A DNA stretch of 43,786 nucleotides from Bacteroidales bacterium (GCA_030606625.1 JAUWGC010000002.1:1-43786), one strand, 5' to 3'. Counted from the first letter of the stretch, positions 1 through 7,874 are shown. Notes: generated by a model from the letters alone, not told the origin. Numbers and translations are program-made.

Positions 1-141
1 CAAAATGAGGGTTGGGACGGAACCATTGAAAATGAAATCGTTCCGATTGGTGTCTATGTATGGACTTTATCTTTTAAAGTGGCATTATACAATAGCATTA
101 CTGTTCAAACGAAAAAGGGTGTTGTTATTGTAATTCGGTAA
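1..141 (+). CDS. 3' end of a secreted protein carrying a T9SS type B (gliding-motility-associated, CHU_C-like) C-terminal sorting domain; 5' end cut by the window edge
   Basis: Frame 1 reads QNEGWDGTIENEIVPIGVYVWTLSFKVALYNSITVQTKKGVVIVIR then TAA at 139-141. The WDG...G..VP.GVY.W......KG.V..IR pattern is typical of type B T9SS C-terminal domains. Confidence 0.55.
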   Translation, partial: QNEGWDGTIENEIVPIGVYVWTLSFKVALYNSITVQTKKGVVIVIR

Positions 142-170
142 TGTTTGATTTTAAGCTGAAAAATGAACAC

Positions 171-193
171 CCCCGAAGCAGAGCTTATCGGGG
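171..193. terminator. Hairpin between convergent genes (CCCCGA-N11-TCGGGG); possible terminator for the minus-strand gene 338..2566
   Basis: A 6-bp GC stem at 171-176 pairs with 188-193. On the minus strand it is followed by a T-rich run (tgttcattttt). It lies in the 196-nt gap between two convergent CDS. Confidence 0.4.
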
Positions 194-337
194 TATCAAA
201 AGGAATTTTCAAAATTGTCTTAAAATTGACACAGAGAATCCCGCATGTTTTCTGGCAACCATTGATGGTGAGCAACCATGTGTGTGCCGGGAAATTATTT
301 CTTAAGAAACAAGTCGCTGGAGGCCCGGTGAAGAACC

Positions 338-2566
338 TTACTCATCAACTTTTACAATTTTTAAAACACGGTTTTCCTTTCCCGCCCAAATCCTGATAAA
401 ATAAACCCCGGTTGCTAATCCTGAAGTATCTAATGAAACACCGTGTTCTCCACGCTCCTTCTCTTGACTTACAAGCGTTGTAACCAACTTCCCATGAATA
501 TCGAAAATCTTCACAGATACATATCTTACGTCTGATATCTGATATCTGATTTCTGATATTCCTGAGGCAGGATTAGGCATACAGGAAATGTTAATACTAT
601 TTTCGGTTTTTACTTCCGGTATTTCCGGAACATCAACCATTCCTCCTGTATATGTTTTGAAAATGGTTGCATTGGCACCCAGGACCAAACCTTCGTCAGG
701 TGTAAAGAAACAAAGAGTAAGCATATCGGAAGTACAGGGCGAGAGGATCGGGGCCCATGATTCACCACCATCATCCGACTTCAGGATGCTGATTTCATTT
801 CCGGTTCCGGTGATGTATCCTGTTTCAGGATTGGGAAAATCAACATAGGTAAAATTTATAGATCCGGATACACCACTGGGAATTTCTTCCCAGGTGTTCC
901 CTCCATCAGTGGTTTTCAGGATCAGGTTATATCCTACGGCAAATCCTGTGAGGCCATTGATGAAATGGATGTGGTTTAAAGTCCTGTCTGGAAAAGATAA
1001 TATTTCATACCAATGCTCACCACGGTCTGTAGTCATTAAAACTTTTCCTAAATCGGTATATGAGCCACAAACGGCAAAACCCTTAGATTCGTTGATAAAC
1101 TCCATGTCATGGATGCCAAAATACTCATTGGGCTCCATAATTTGTACACGGTACCAGTTCTCCCCACCATCCATTGATTTATAAATTGATGCGGTGTCAT
1201 AGTAATTAATTTGTCCTCCAACAAATCCGGTTAAGGAATCTATGAACCACAGGCATTGCGGAAAGAATTCATCATAAGTAATAAAATGATATGACCAGGT
1301 TTCGCCTCCGTCGAAAGTCCGGCAAACCTCTGAACAATACTCAGGTCCACATATAAAACCATAATTATTTGTCAGGAAATGAACAGAGCTTATCATCCAG
1401 TAATGAGTAATTCTATACCATGTATTTCCGTAATCAGTGGATTTTAAAACAAACCCACCCACCATATAATATCCACCCGCATAAATAATACTATCGGATA
1501 TTAATTGAGCATCCATAAAGTTAACCCTTGGAGCAAGATTGGTAAATGCCGTGTCCCAGTTTGTTCCCCAATCATAACTTTTAAAAATCTGGCCTTGCCC
1601 TCCCACAATAAACCCTGTTCCTGTTTCCGACATACATATTCCTTTCAAGAACCAATCTCCGATATTGTTTGGATATCCCTGCCAGGATTCACCGCCATCA
1701 GTTGTCCTTAATAAATTATTTGAATACCAAACCACAGGTCCTAAAGAAAAACCTGTATCAGCATTAGGAAAGCAAAAATATTTCGAATAATTTGAATTAC
1801 TAAGATTTACCTGATACCAGGATGTGCCCCCATCGATAGTTTTCAGGATATAATGATATGTATATCCTCCCTGATGCGCATCTCCCCCAAGAAAACCCGT
1901 ATCCTGGTTAATAAAAAAGATATCATTCACATAAAAATTTTCAATAACCGGCTTAACCCGCACTGTATCCCAATTATTGCCTCCATCATCGGTTTGCAAA
2001 TATTTGTCATAGAGATATCCTGTTATGAAACCCTTATACTGGTTAGCGAAACAAATTTGCAGGAGATCATTGTTTGTGCCTGAGTTCACAGTGTCCCATG
2101 TTTGACCACCATCCATGGTTTTTGATACCAGCCCATAGTTTCCTATGCTAAAACCATTCAGTGGACCTGTAAAAGCGATGTCATTAAGGTCATGGCCCGG
2201 ATCGGGGGAAATATCCGTCCAGGAAAGTCCTCCGTTGGTTGTTTTAACAATGGTAGTTTTTTTGCCGCAGGCATAACCTGTATTCGCATCGACAAAGTGA
2301 ACGGCATACAGGTCTCTGCTCTTGTATATCCCACCTGGTGAATAAATGATATGCCAATAGTCGCCATAATCATCAGTATACAGAATGGTTGCATTCGAGC
2401 CAACGGACATGATCCTGTTCGTACCCGGAATAAACGTAATATCATTAAGGGAACTTTCAACGGGCAAGGGATGCATCCTTTCCCAGGCGGGGGTTTGGCC
2501 AGGCGAAAGGTAATGGCAATTAACTGCCAGGATGATAAAGAATAATCTAACGAAGTTGTTTCTCAT
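338..2566 (-). CDS. Secreted BNR/Asp-box (Ycf48/sortilin-like) multi-bladed beta-propeller protein with a T9SS type A C-terminal sorting domain
   Basis: 742-aa ORF with an N-terminal signal peptide (MRNNFVRLFFIILAVNC). It has about 13 S/T-x-D-x-G-x-x-W Asp boxes (TTDGGNTW, STDYGNTW, TMDGGQTW, TIDGGTSW and others). The C-terminus NPASG...VKIFDIHGKLV...GVYFIRI...KIVKV matches the T9SS CTD pattern. Confidence 0.85.
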   Translation of the reverse strand: MRNNFVRLFFIILAVNCHYLSPGQTPAWERMHPLPVESSLNDITFIPGTNRIMSVGSNATILYTDDYGDYWHIIYSPGGIYKSRDLYAVHFVDANTGYACGKKTTIVKTTNGGLSWTDISPDPGHDLNDIAFTGPLNGFSIGNYGLVSKTMDGGQTWDTVNSGTNNDLLQICFANQYKGFITGYLYDKYLQTDDGGNNWDTVRVKPVIENFYVNDIFFINQDTGFLGGDAHQGGYTYHYILKTIDGGTSWYQVNLSNSNYSKYFCFPNADTGFSLGPVVWYSNNLLRTTDGGESWQGYPNNIGDWFLKGICMSETGTGFIVGGQGQIFKSYDWGTNWDTAFTNLAPRVNFMDAQLISDSIIYAGGYYMVGGFVLKSTDYGNTWYRITHYWMISSVHFLTNNYGFICGPEYCSEVCRTFDGGETWSYHFITYDEFFPQCLWFIDSLTGFVGGQINYYDTASIYKSMDGGENWYRVQIMEPNEYFGIHDMEFINESKGFAVCGSYTDLGKVLMTTDRGEHWYEILSFPDRTLNHIHFINGLTGFAVGYNLILKTTDGGNTWEEIPSGVSGSINFTYVDFPNPETGYITGTGNEISILKSDDGGESWAPILSPCTSDMLTLCFFTPDEGLVLGANATIFKTYTGGMVDVPEIPEVKTENSINISCMPNPASGISEIRYQISDVRYVSVKIFDIHGKLVTTLVSQEKERGEHGVSLDTSGLATGVYFIRIWAGKENRVLKIVKVDE
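524..558. repeat. Heptanucleotide tandem repeat (TCTGATA-like, 5 units) inside the CTD-coding part of CDS 338..2566
   Basis: The units read tcttacg tctgata tctgata tctgatt tctgata in strict 7-nt phase. On the coding strand this gives the 21-nt/7-aa pseudo-repeat ISEIRYQ/ISDVRYV. Confidence 0.7.
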
Positions 2567-2597
2567 AAGAATTAAGGATCCCGGAATATTTTATAAA

Positions 2598-2630
2598 GAT
2601 AAAAATAAACCCCGAGCTACGCACGGGGCT
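2598..2630 (-). terminator. Rho-independent terminator after the HipS-like ORF
   Basis: The minus strand reads agCCCCGtgcgtagctCGGGGtt followed by tatttttat. This is a 5-7 bp GC-rich stem, a 9-nt loop and a U tract, placed immediately after the stop at 2637-2639. Confidence 0.55.
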
Positions 2631-2636
2631 AATGAT

Positions 2637-2933
2637 TTACGCACCTATACAATCACGACAGGTGGCCAGCAATAGTCCCATCCGGTCGCGTGCATTGAGC
2701 TTCCAGTTTTTTTCAGCGATATCCAGGAGCCAGCCTTCCGGAATAAGTCCATCGAAAAAAGGGAAAAGTACTTGTCCGTGAAATGCATCCTTTTGCAAAG
2801 GAAGTGTTAAACTCACTGGTTCAGCATCAGGTTCTGCAAGGTATTCTTTACGGTATTGAAAATGATAACCATGCTCATCTTCTGATAAAATACCCGCCCA
2901 TGTATCATGTATATTGACTTTTGCTGCTCTCAT
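2637..2933 (-). CDS. Stand-alone HipA N-terminal subdomain protein (HipS-like); no kinase domain follows
   Basis: The 98-99 aa product has the HipA N-terminal pattern (...VNIHDTWAGIL...GYHFQY...PVSLTLPL...FPFFDGLIPEGW...LLLATCRDCIGA), then TAA. ATG is at 2933, with an in-frame TTG at 2936. The next gene on this strand is the unrelated 338..2566. Confidence 0.65.
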   Translation of the reverse strand: MRAAKVNIHDTWAGILSEDEHGYHFQYRKEYLAEPDAEPVSLTLPLQKDAFHGQVLFPFFDGLIPEGWLLDIAEKNWKLNARDRMGLLLATCRDCIGA

Positions 2934-3150
2934 CAATCAATTTTTTTCTGTCCATGGGCACCGGTCCCAATTCAAATCCAAATAGTACCAATACCTAATT
3001 TACCTTGTCCATTTGAATGGAAGCTTTACCCCGTTCCAGTTCACGTATAAAACGTAAACCTACACCAGCCTTGAAGGCAAGATCTTCCTGGGTCATGGAT
3101 AGTAGCTTTCGTTTTTCTTTTATAAATTGATAAAGATTCTGATAATTCAT
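2905..3150 (-). pseudogene. HipB/Y4mF-like Xre-family HTH gene interrupted by an in-frame TAG (2995-2997); alternatively a truncated 51-aa HTH protein (2995..3150)
   Basis: ATG at 3150 gives MNYQNLYQFIKEKRKLLSMTQEDLAFKAGVGLRFIRELERGKASIQMDKVN, then TAG. The same frame continues VLVLFGFELGPVPMDRKKLIDESSKSQYT to TGA at 2905-2907, overlapping the HipS-like start. From memory, family members read VNQVL at this point, so a CAG-to-TAG change is plausible. The ORF is under 60 aa and so is absent from the ORF track. Confidence 0.5.
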
Positions 3151-3160
3151 AATAATTATA

Positions 3161-3174
3161 TACCCTTACGGGTA
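3161..3174. promoter_or_regulatory. Operator-like inverted repeat TACCCttacGGGTA, copy 1, upstream of the HTH gene
   Basis: The site is 11 nt upstream of the ATG at 3150. The half-sites TACCC/GGGTA are separated by 4 nt. A near-identical copy lies 41 bp away. Confidence 0.5.
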
Positions 3175-3201
3175 CAAAATACAGAACAAGACATCGGTTT
3201 G

Positions 3202-3215
3202 TACCTTTACGGGTA
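3202..3215. promoter_or_regulatory. Operator-like inverted repeat TACCTttacGGGTA, copy 2
   Basis: It matches copy 1 at 13 of 14 positions. The start-to-start spacing of 41 bp is about four helical turns, as expected for tandem HipB/Xre-type operators. Confidence 0.45.
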
Positions 3216-3264
3216 TGCTATCGAGGGATATTTCCAGATCCATCCGGGTTTATAGCTATAACAT

Positions 3265-5706
3265 TCATTGTGTCTTGATTATCTTTTGCGTATGTAAAAG
3301 GTCTTCTCCGAGGATTTCAATAAAATAGAGGCCGGGTTTAAGGGCAGTGAGGTTTATTTGTTCCGATGACTTTCCATTCAATGTTCCCGATGTGATTTTG
3401 GAACCTTTTAAGTCAAAAATATTAAATTCAATAAGTTGACACTCAGGTGCTTCTATGATTAAGTTATCCTTAAAGGGATTTGGATAAACGGACATTTCTC
3501 CTGCCAATGGATTGTTCAAACTTGCCAGGTTGCGTATTTCCGTGAAACAAAATGAAGAGTTTCCAAGCCCGGATCCTGAGAAATAGATAGATGCTAATTC
3601 ATTATACACTTCGTTGACTATGTCATATTCGAAGAGAATCCCATTCCATGAATTGGATGCAATACCATAAAAATTCCCATTAGAAGCTTGCATTATTTTT
3701 CCTTTAGCAAAATAGTCTGAAACGGAAAATTCAAAATGATGTTTTATTACACAAAGACCTGTTTCTGTATCATATTCAAACAGTATTCCTTGGCCATTAT
3801 CTCCTCCTTTTGCGGTTAAACCGTATATTTTATTATTGTTGGCGCATGTTACTATGCCACGATTACTAACTTCACCGAACTGAGTTAATTCGAATACATG
3901 ATTAAATTGATCATTAACAGGATTAAATTCAAAAATATATTCCGGGTCCGGCCCACCACATTTAAAATATCTTTCTACTCCATAGAGATTGCCGTTATCA
4001 GCTAATGCCAGGTTTTTGTAATTACCGAGGGCCAATTTGAAATCATGTACTGATTGAATGGTGTTGTTTTGGGGAATGAACCTGTAAATACCTCCACCAT
4101 GATATGCGCCTCCATTAACAGTTCTGCCATAATAGTTACCATCAGGGCACAGAATTAATTCACCTGTAGGGTAACTTCCGGTAATATCATAATCAAATTC
4201 TGCAACAATGTTAAAATTATATGCGTCAGGATCGAAAACAAAAATGTACCCGTATTTGTTTTCTCCACCCATGGAATTGGTTCCTAAAATCTGTCCCTCA
4301 GGAGTTAGTACCAAACTGAAATAACCACCACCCTTCTCAAAATCAATTATTGGAGTATATATATTTGTAATGGGGTCCAATTTAAAGAGTACACCGTTGT
4401 CAAATTGGCCCCCTCCAATTGTTGTCCCGTAAAATTTGCCATTTTTTGCTTCAGTTAAACAGGAGAAAGGAAACCTGCCTCTGAGGCAGCTACCAAATTT
4501 CATCCTGTTGGTATATTTTTTTGAAAATATATCGAACTCGAATAATTGATGGTTTCTCGTTCCATATAGTTTCCCTTCGGTTGCTTGCATAAGGCTCCCT
4601 TTAATGGTTTTATCGCTAAAGTGGATATGAGAAATAATACTATCATTTGAGGGATTGTATTCAAACAAACATCCCCCACCCTTTTCTCCACCATAGGATG
4701 TCAGGCCATATATTCTTCCATCAGATGCCAGCAATAAGCTTCCTCCCGGATTGGAGCCGTTGACGGAGTCATTTAAGTCTATTATTTTCTCAAAGGTCTT
4801 ATTGAATATATTAAAGCGAAAAAGAACCCCATGGTTAAAGTATCCTCCTTCAAAGGTGAGTCCCAGTAAATTTCCTTTAGAAGTATGTATCAATTTCCCT
4901 TTGGGAAGGGCTCCGTTGACCCCGTCAAAATCAAAAAGTTTTGTAATGATCAAACTTGAAGGGTTAAAACTATATATAACTCCCTTTCCATAATCGCCAC
5001 CTTCACTCGTCATTCCGTAAAATAACCCGTCGGGCCCCTCTATTAACCCATCTTCCGGATATCTTCCATTATTGACATTAAATTTTGCCAATACTGTATA
5101 CTCAAAGCTTTCAGGATTGAGTGAGAAAATAGTTCCGGCATTTTGTCCACCGTTGTTTGTTATTCCGTACAGGAGTCCGTCACTTGCCTTCAACAGGCTT
5201 CCCATAGGATGCTTCCCGTCAGAAAACCCCTGGAAACGATATAGTTCAAGGAACTCACCATTTTGAATGTTGTATTCAAAAATAAAACCTTTATTATTGT
5301 CCCCTGCAAATTGACTGGTGCCATATATCTTACCATTCAGTGCTTGCGTTAATCCTGTCCGGGGGAAACTGCTATATCCGCCTTCAAATTTATACTTTGC
5401 ATCATACGTGCTATTAAAAGGGTCAAATTCAAAGATATAATAATAGTTACCATAGATATTGCAATTGGAGACCAATCCGTATAGGTTTCCGTTGTCAGCC
5501 TGTAATAGCCTGATGCAGCCCGGCACGATACCTGCATCAATTTCAAAGGAAAATATATCCTTCATATTACTTGTGTTAACGTCAACTGTAAATATTTTGC
5601 CATGATTGTTAGTCCCTCCATGGGTACTAATCCCATAAAGGATTGGCTGACCATTCATAACAACAACGATAATCAATGAAATCAGAAGAAGTAATTCTTT
5701 TTTCAT
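3265..5706 (-). CDS. Secreted tandem-repeat (GloVer-type 'choice-of-anchor' repeat) beta-propeller-like protein with a T9SS type A CTD
   Basis: 813-aa ORF with signal peptide MKKELLLLISLIIVVVMNG. It has more than 12 repeats of the form G.LYG.T..GG....G.IF.(F/Y)(N/D)P (LYGITNNGGQNAGTIFSLNP, FYGMTSEGGDYGKGVIYSFNP and others). The C-terminus reads SVYPNPFKDNLIIE...FDLKG...GLYFIEI...KIIK. Confidence 0.8.
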   Translation of the reverse strand: MKKELLLLISLIIVVVMNGQPILYGISTHGGTNNHGKIFTVDVNTSNMKDIFSFEIDAGIVPGCIRLLQADNGNLYGLVSNCNIYGNYYYIFEFDPFNSTYDAKYKFEGGYSSFPRTGLTQALNGKIYGTSQFAGDNNKGFIFEYNIQNGEFLELYRFQGFSDGKHPMGSLLKASDGLLYGITNNGGQNAGTIFSLNPESFEYTVLAKFNVNNGRYPEDGLIEGPDGLFYGMTSEGGDYGKGVIYSFNPSSLIITKLFDFDGVNGALPKGKLIHTSKGNLLGLTFEGGYFNHGVLFRFNIFNKTFEKIIDLNDSVNGSNPGGSLLLASDGRIYGLTSYGGEKGGGCLFEYNPSNDSIISHIHFSDKTIKGSLMQATEGKLYGTRNHQLFEFDIFSKKYTNRMKFGSCLRGRFPFSCLTEAKNGKFYGTTIGGGQFDNGVLFKLDPITNIYTPIIDFEKGGGYFSLVLTPEGQILGTNSMGGENKYGYIFVFDPDAYNFNIVAEFDYDITGSYPTGELILCPDGNYYGRTVNGGAYHGGGIYRFIPQNNTIQSVHDFKLALGNYKNLALADNGNLYGVERYFKCGGPDPEYIFEFNPVNDQFNHVFELTQFGEVSNRGIVTCANNNKIYGLTAKGGDNGQGILFEYDTETGLCVIKHHFEFSVSDYFAKGKIMQASNGNFYGIASNSWNGILFEYDIVNEVYNELASIYFSGSGLGNSSFCFTEIRNLASLNNPLAGEMSVYPNPFKDNLIIEAPECQLIEFNIFDLKGSKITSGTLNGKSSEQINLTALKPGLYFIEILGEDLLHTQKIIKTQ

Positions 5707-6010
5707 AATTTCCTGTATTTAAGTGTGTTCTTTTAAAACTGCTTTATCAATTATAAATGAGTATGTAATTTATATGGATAAATCAATTTGCTATGCTTTT
5801 TCTTTTATATATAAAATTAATTTTACTACTAAATCGTATCTAATATATGTAACTATTGAATTTAAAACAAGAATTTTAAAGTAATCGGCAGTATTCAATC
5901 AGTTAACGGTGTGAATATATTTGACAAAAAACTATATTCAGCCATGGTGGAACCTAATTGTAATTTTTTAATTCCTTATCAGGATTAAAATGAATAACAG
6001 TACAGCCAAA

Positions 6011-6157
6011 TCAAGGCTGCTCAATATTGGCAAATTGAATATGCTTTCCTTCGGAAGCCATATGCCCAACAATATTGGCATCTGTTTTGGCTTGCTGCCC
6101 ATTAGCCATAATGATAATTGCAAAAATAGATATATAGATACATAGTAATCGTTTCAT
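6011..6157 (-). CDS. Possible small secreted peptide (48 aa), below the ORF-track threshold
   Basis: ATG at 6157 gives MKRLLCIYISIFAIIIMANGQQAKTDANIVGHMASEGKHIQFANIEQP then TGA. The N-terminus is hydrophobic and signal-like. It lies in a 740-nt AT-rich gap just downstream of the heptamer inverted repeat. I recognise no family. Confidence 0.2.
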   Translation of the reverse strand: MKRLLCIYISIFAIIIMANGQQAKTDANIVGHMASEGKHIQFANIEQP

Positions 6158-6184
6158 CGGATTACATTTTATCAATTCAAGATG

Positions 6185-6247
6185 TAGAAATTTGAAAATA
6201 GAAATTAGAAATTAAGTCACCATCCGAATTTCTAATTTCTAATTTCA
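6185..6247. repeat. Phased heptamer tract forming an inverted repeat: (TAGAAAT-like)x4, a 14-nt centre, then (AATTTCT-like)x3
   Basis: The units read tagaaat ttgaaaa tagaaat tagaaat taagtca ccatccg aatttct aatttct aatttca. The roughly 20-nt arms (6194-6213 and 6227-6246) are complementary with one mismatch. Confidence 0.75.
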
Positions 6248-6296
6248 TTTTATAATCAGTATATAAAATGAATACTAAATAATTTGAATGACGATA

Positions 6297-6338
6297 TCTC
6301 ATATAATTGATACCGGAAATTCTCCAATGTATATGAGA
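6297..6338 (-). terminator. Hairpin TCTCATATA-N24-TATATGAGA about 110 nt downstream of the purF-like stop
   Basis: It has a perfect 9-bp stem, but the loop is large and the U tract is weak, so the terminator assignment is tentative. Confidence 0.25.
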
Positions 6339-6446
6339 GTGATGAAACCAAGGTAAAACCCAGTAACTATATAAAGAAACTGTGCTTGTTGGATTATCTA
6401 AAACTCTGCCGGGGTATGTTTGTGAGTTTTAAATGGCTTTGGTGCT

Positions 6447-7850
6447 TCAGAAACTACTTTTTCCTTCCCAGCAATGCGTACAAACCCTTTCCCTGGGCAG
6501 GCCGATGGCTTCGATGAGATCTTCCAGTTTCTGGTACTGCAGTGTTGTTACACCGATTCTTTTCCTGATATTTTCGACCATGGCATGGTAACGATCGGTC
6601 CCGGGGGTGGCATATTCTTCCAGGTGCTTGTCTTCTACCCCTTCAAGGTCTTTAATGGTTTTCCGGCCGGCCAGGTCGAGTGTAGATCTTGACCTGGAAA
6701 AGTTTAGAAACTCGCAGGGGTAGATCAGGGTCGGGCAGGCCAGCCTCACATGGACTTCAGCAGCTCCATATTCGAATAGTATAGTGACATTTTCCTTGAA
6801 CTGTGTTCCCCGCACGATGGAGTCATCGCAGAAAACGATTCTTTTTCCTTCGATCACCGACCTGACAGGGATCAGTTTCATTTTAGCAACCAAATCACGC
6901 ATCTCCTGGTTCTGGGGCATAAAGCTTCTGGGCCAGGTGGGTGTATATTTCACATAGGCCCTTTTGTAGGGGATATGTTTTTCATTGGAATAACCGATAG
7001 CATGGGCAATCCCTGAATCCGGGATCCCGGAAACATAATCCACCTCCGCCCTGTCATTCCTGGCCAGAGCGGCACCACAACGGTAACGGCATCCCTCTAC
7101 GTTAATCCCTTCATAGCAGGAACTGGGATATCCGTAATAAACCCAAAGGAAAGCACAGATCTGCATTTTGGCATATGGTTCCTTGCGTTGCTCATATCCT
7201 TCGGCAGTGGCAAAAATTATCTCTCCCGGGCCAAGATCCTTCTCGATGGTAAAGTCAAGATTGGAAAAAGCAGTTGTTTCAGAAGTAAAGGCATAAGCCC
7301 CATCTTTTTTCCCCAGGATGACGGGTGTCCTGCCCACTTTATCACGGGCACCGTATATGCCATCCCTCGTAAGGATAAGCATGGAACAAGAGCCCTTTAC
7401 CATGTCATAAACATGTTCAATGCCTTTCTCAAACGACTCTTCTTCTGCTATCAGCGTGGCAACAAGCTCAGTTGAATTTGTACCTTCCGGGCTTATTTCG
7501 GAAAAATGCCGGTGTAGACTCAGTGCCCTTTCCGTCAGGTCCTCAAGGTTGACAATTTTTCCAACAGTGACGATGGCAAAATCGCCCAGGTGGGAATGTA
7601 CGATTATGGGCTGCGACTCGAAGTCGCTGATCACCCCTATGCCACTCTTTCCATGAAATTCATTGAGCTCCGATTCGAACTTCGTCCTGAAATAGGAGTT
7701 TTCCAGGTTATGTATCCCCCTTTTGAACCCCTGCCCGTTAATCACAGCCATGCCACCGCGCCTGGTCCCAAGATGAGAATGATAATCTGTTCCGTAATAA
7801 AGGTCACTGACGCAATCTGTCTTTGAAATTGTACCAAAAATACCGCCCAT
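6447..7850 (-). CDS. purF: Amidophosphoribosyltransferase-like protein (PurF family) lacking the N-terminal catalytic Cys
   Basis: 467-aa ORF. The N-terminus MGGIFG corresponds to MCGI(V/F)G in classical PurF. The PRPP-binding loop IVFCDDSIVRGTQ is present, and the overall length and layout fit a class II amidotransferase plus a PRTase domain. Confidence 0.75.
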   Translation of the reverse strand: MGGIFGTISKTDCVSDLYYGTDYHSHLGTRRGGMAVINGQGFKRGIHNLENSYFRTKFESELNEFHGKSGIGVISDFESQPIIVHSHLGDFAIVTVGKIVNLEDLTERALSLHRHFSEISPEGTNSTELVATLIAEEESFEKGIEHVYDMVKGSCSMLILTRDGIYGARDKVGRTPVILGKKDGAYAFTSETTAFSNLDFTIEKDLGPGEIIFATAEGYEQRKEPYAKMQICAFLWVYYGYPSSCYEGINVEGCRYRCGAALARNDRAEVDYVSGIPDSGIAHAIGYSNEKHIPYKRAYVKYTPTWPRSFMPQNQEMRDLVAKMKLIPVRSVIEGKRIVFCDDSIVRGTQFKENVTILFEYGAAEVHVRLACPTLIYPCEFLNFSRSRSTLDLAGRKTIKDLEGVEDKHLEEYATPGTDRYHAMVENIRKRIGVTTLQYQKLEDLIEAIGLPRERVCTHCWEGKSSF

Positions 7851-7874
7851 AGTTTTTTGTTTTAAAACTAAGGC

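Noticed and set aside
163-396. A 77-aa plus-strand ORF between the partial type B CTD gene and the convergent BNR gene.
   Set aside because: It overlaps the 3' end of CDS 338..2566 by 59 nt, spans the terminator hairpin at 171-193, and has no recognisable features. It is probably non-coding.
588-2545. Numerous 60-120 aa ORFs in the track lie inside or antisense to longer ORFs. Examples are 588..848, 894..1184, 1505..1711, 2158..2460 and 2351..2545, with similar ones throughout such as 12330..12680, 14903..15262, 29586..29807, 30429..30988, 34067..34549 and 40410..40769.
   Set aside because: They are fully embedded in long ORFs that carry clear domain signatures. They show no recognisable motifs and have low-complexity or odd composition. 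I treat them as shadow ORFs.
2995-2997. Reassignment of TAG to a sense codon (for example Gln) as the explanation for the in-frame amber in the HTH gene.
   Set aside because: TAG terminates CDS 22862..24082 at the expected CTD end, and no other long ORF in the window requires TAG read-through. A nonsense mutation is the simpler explanation.
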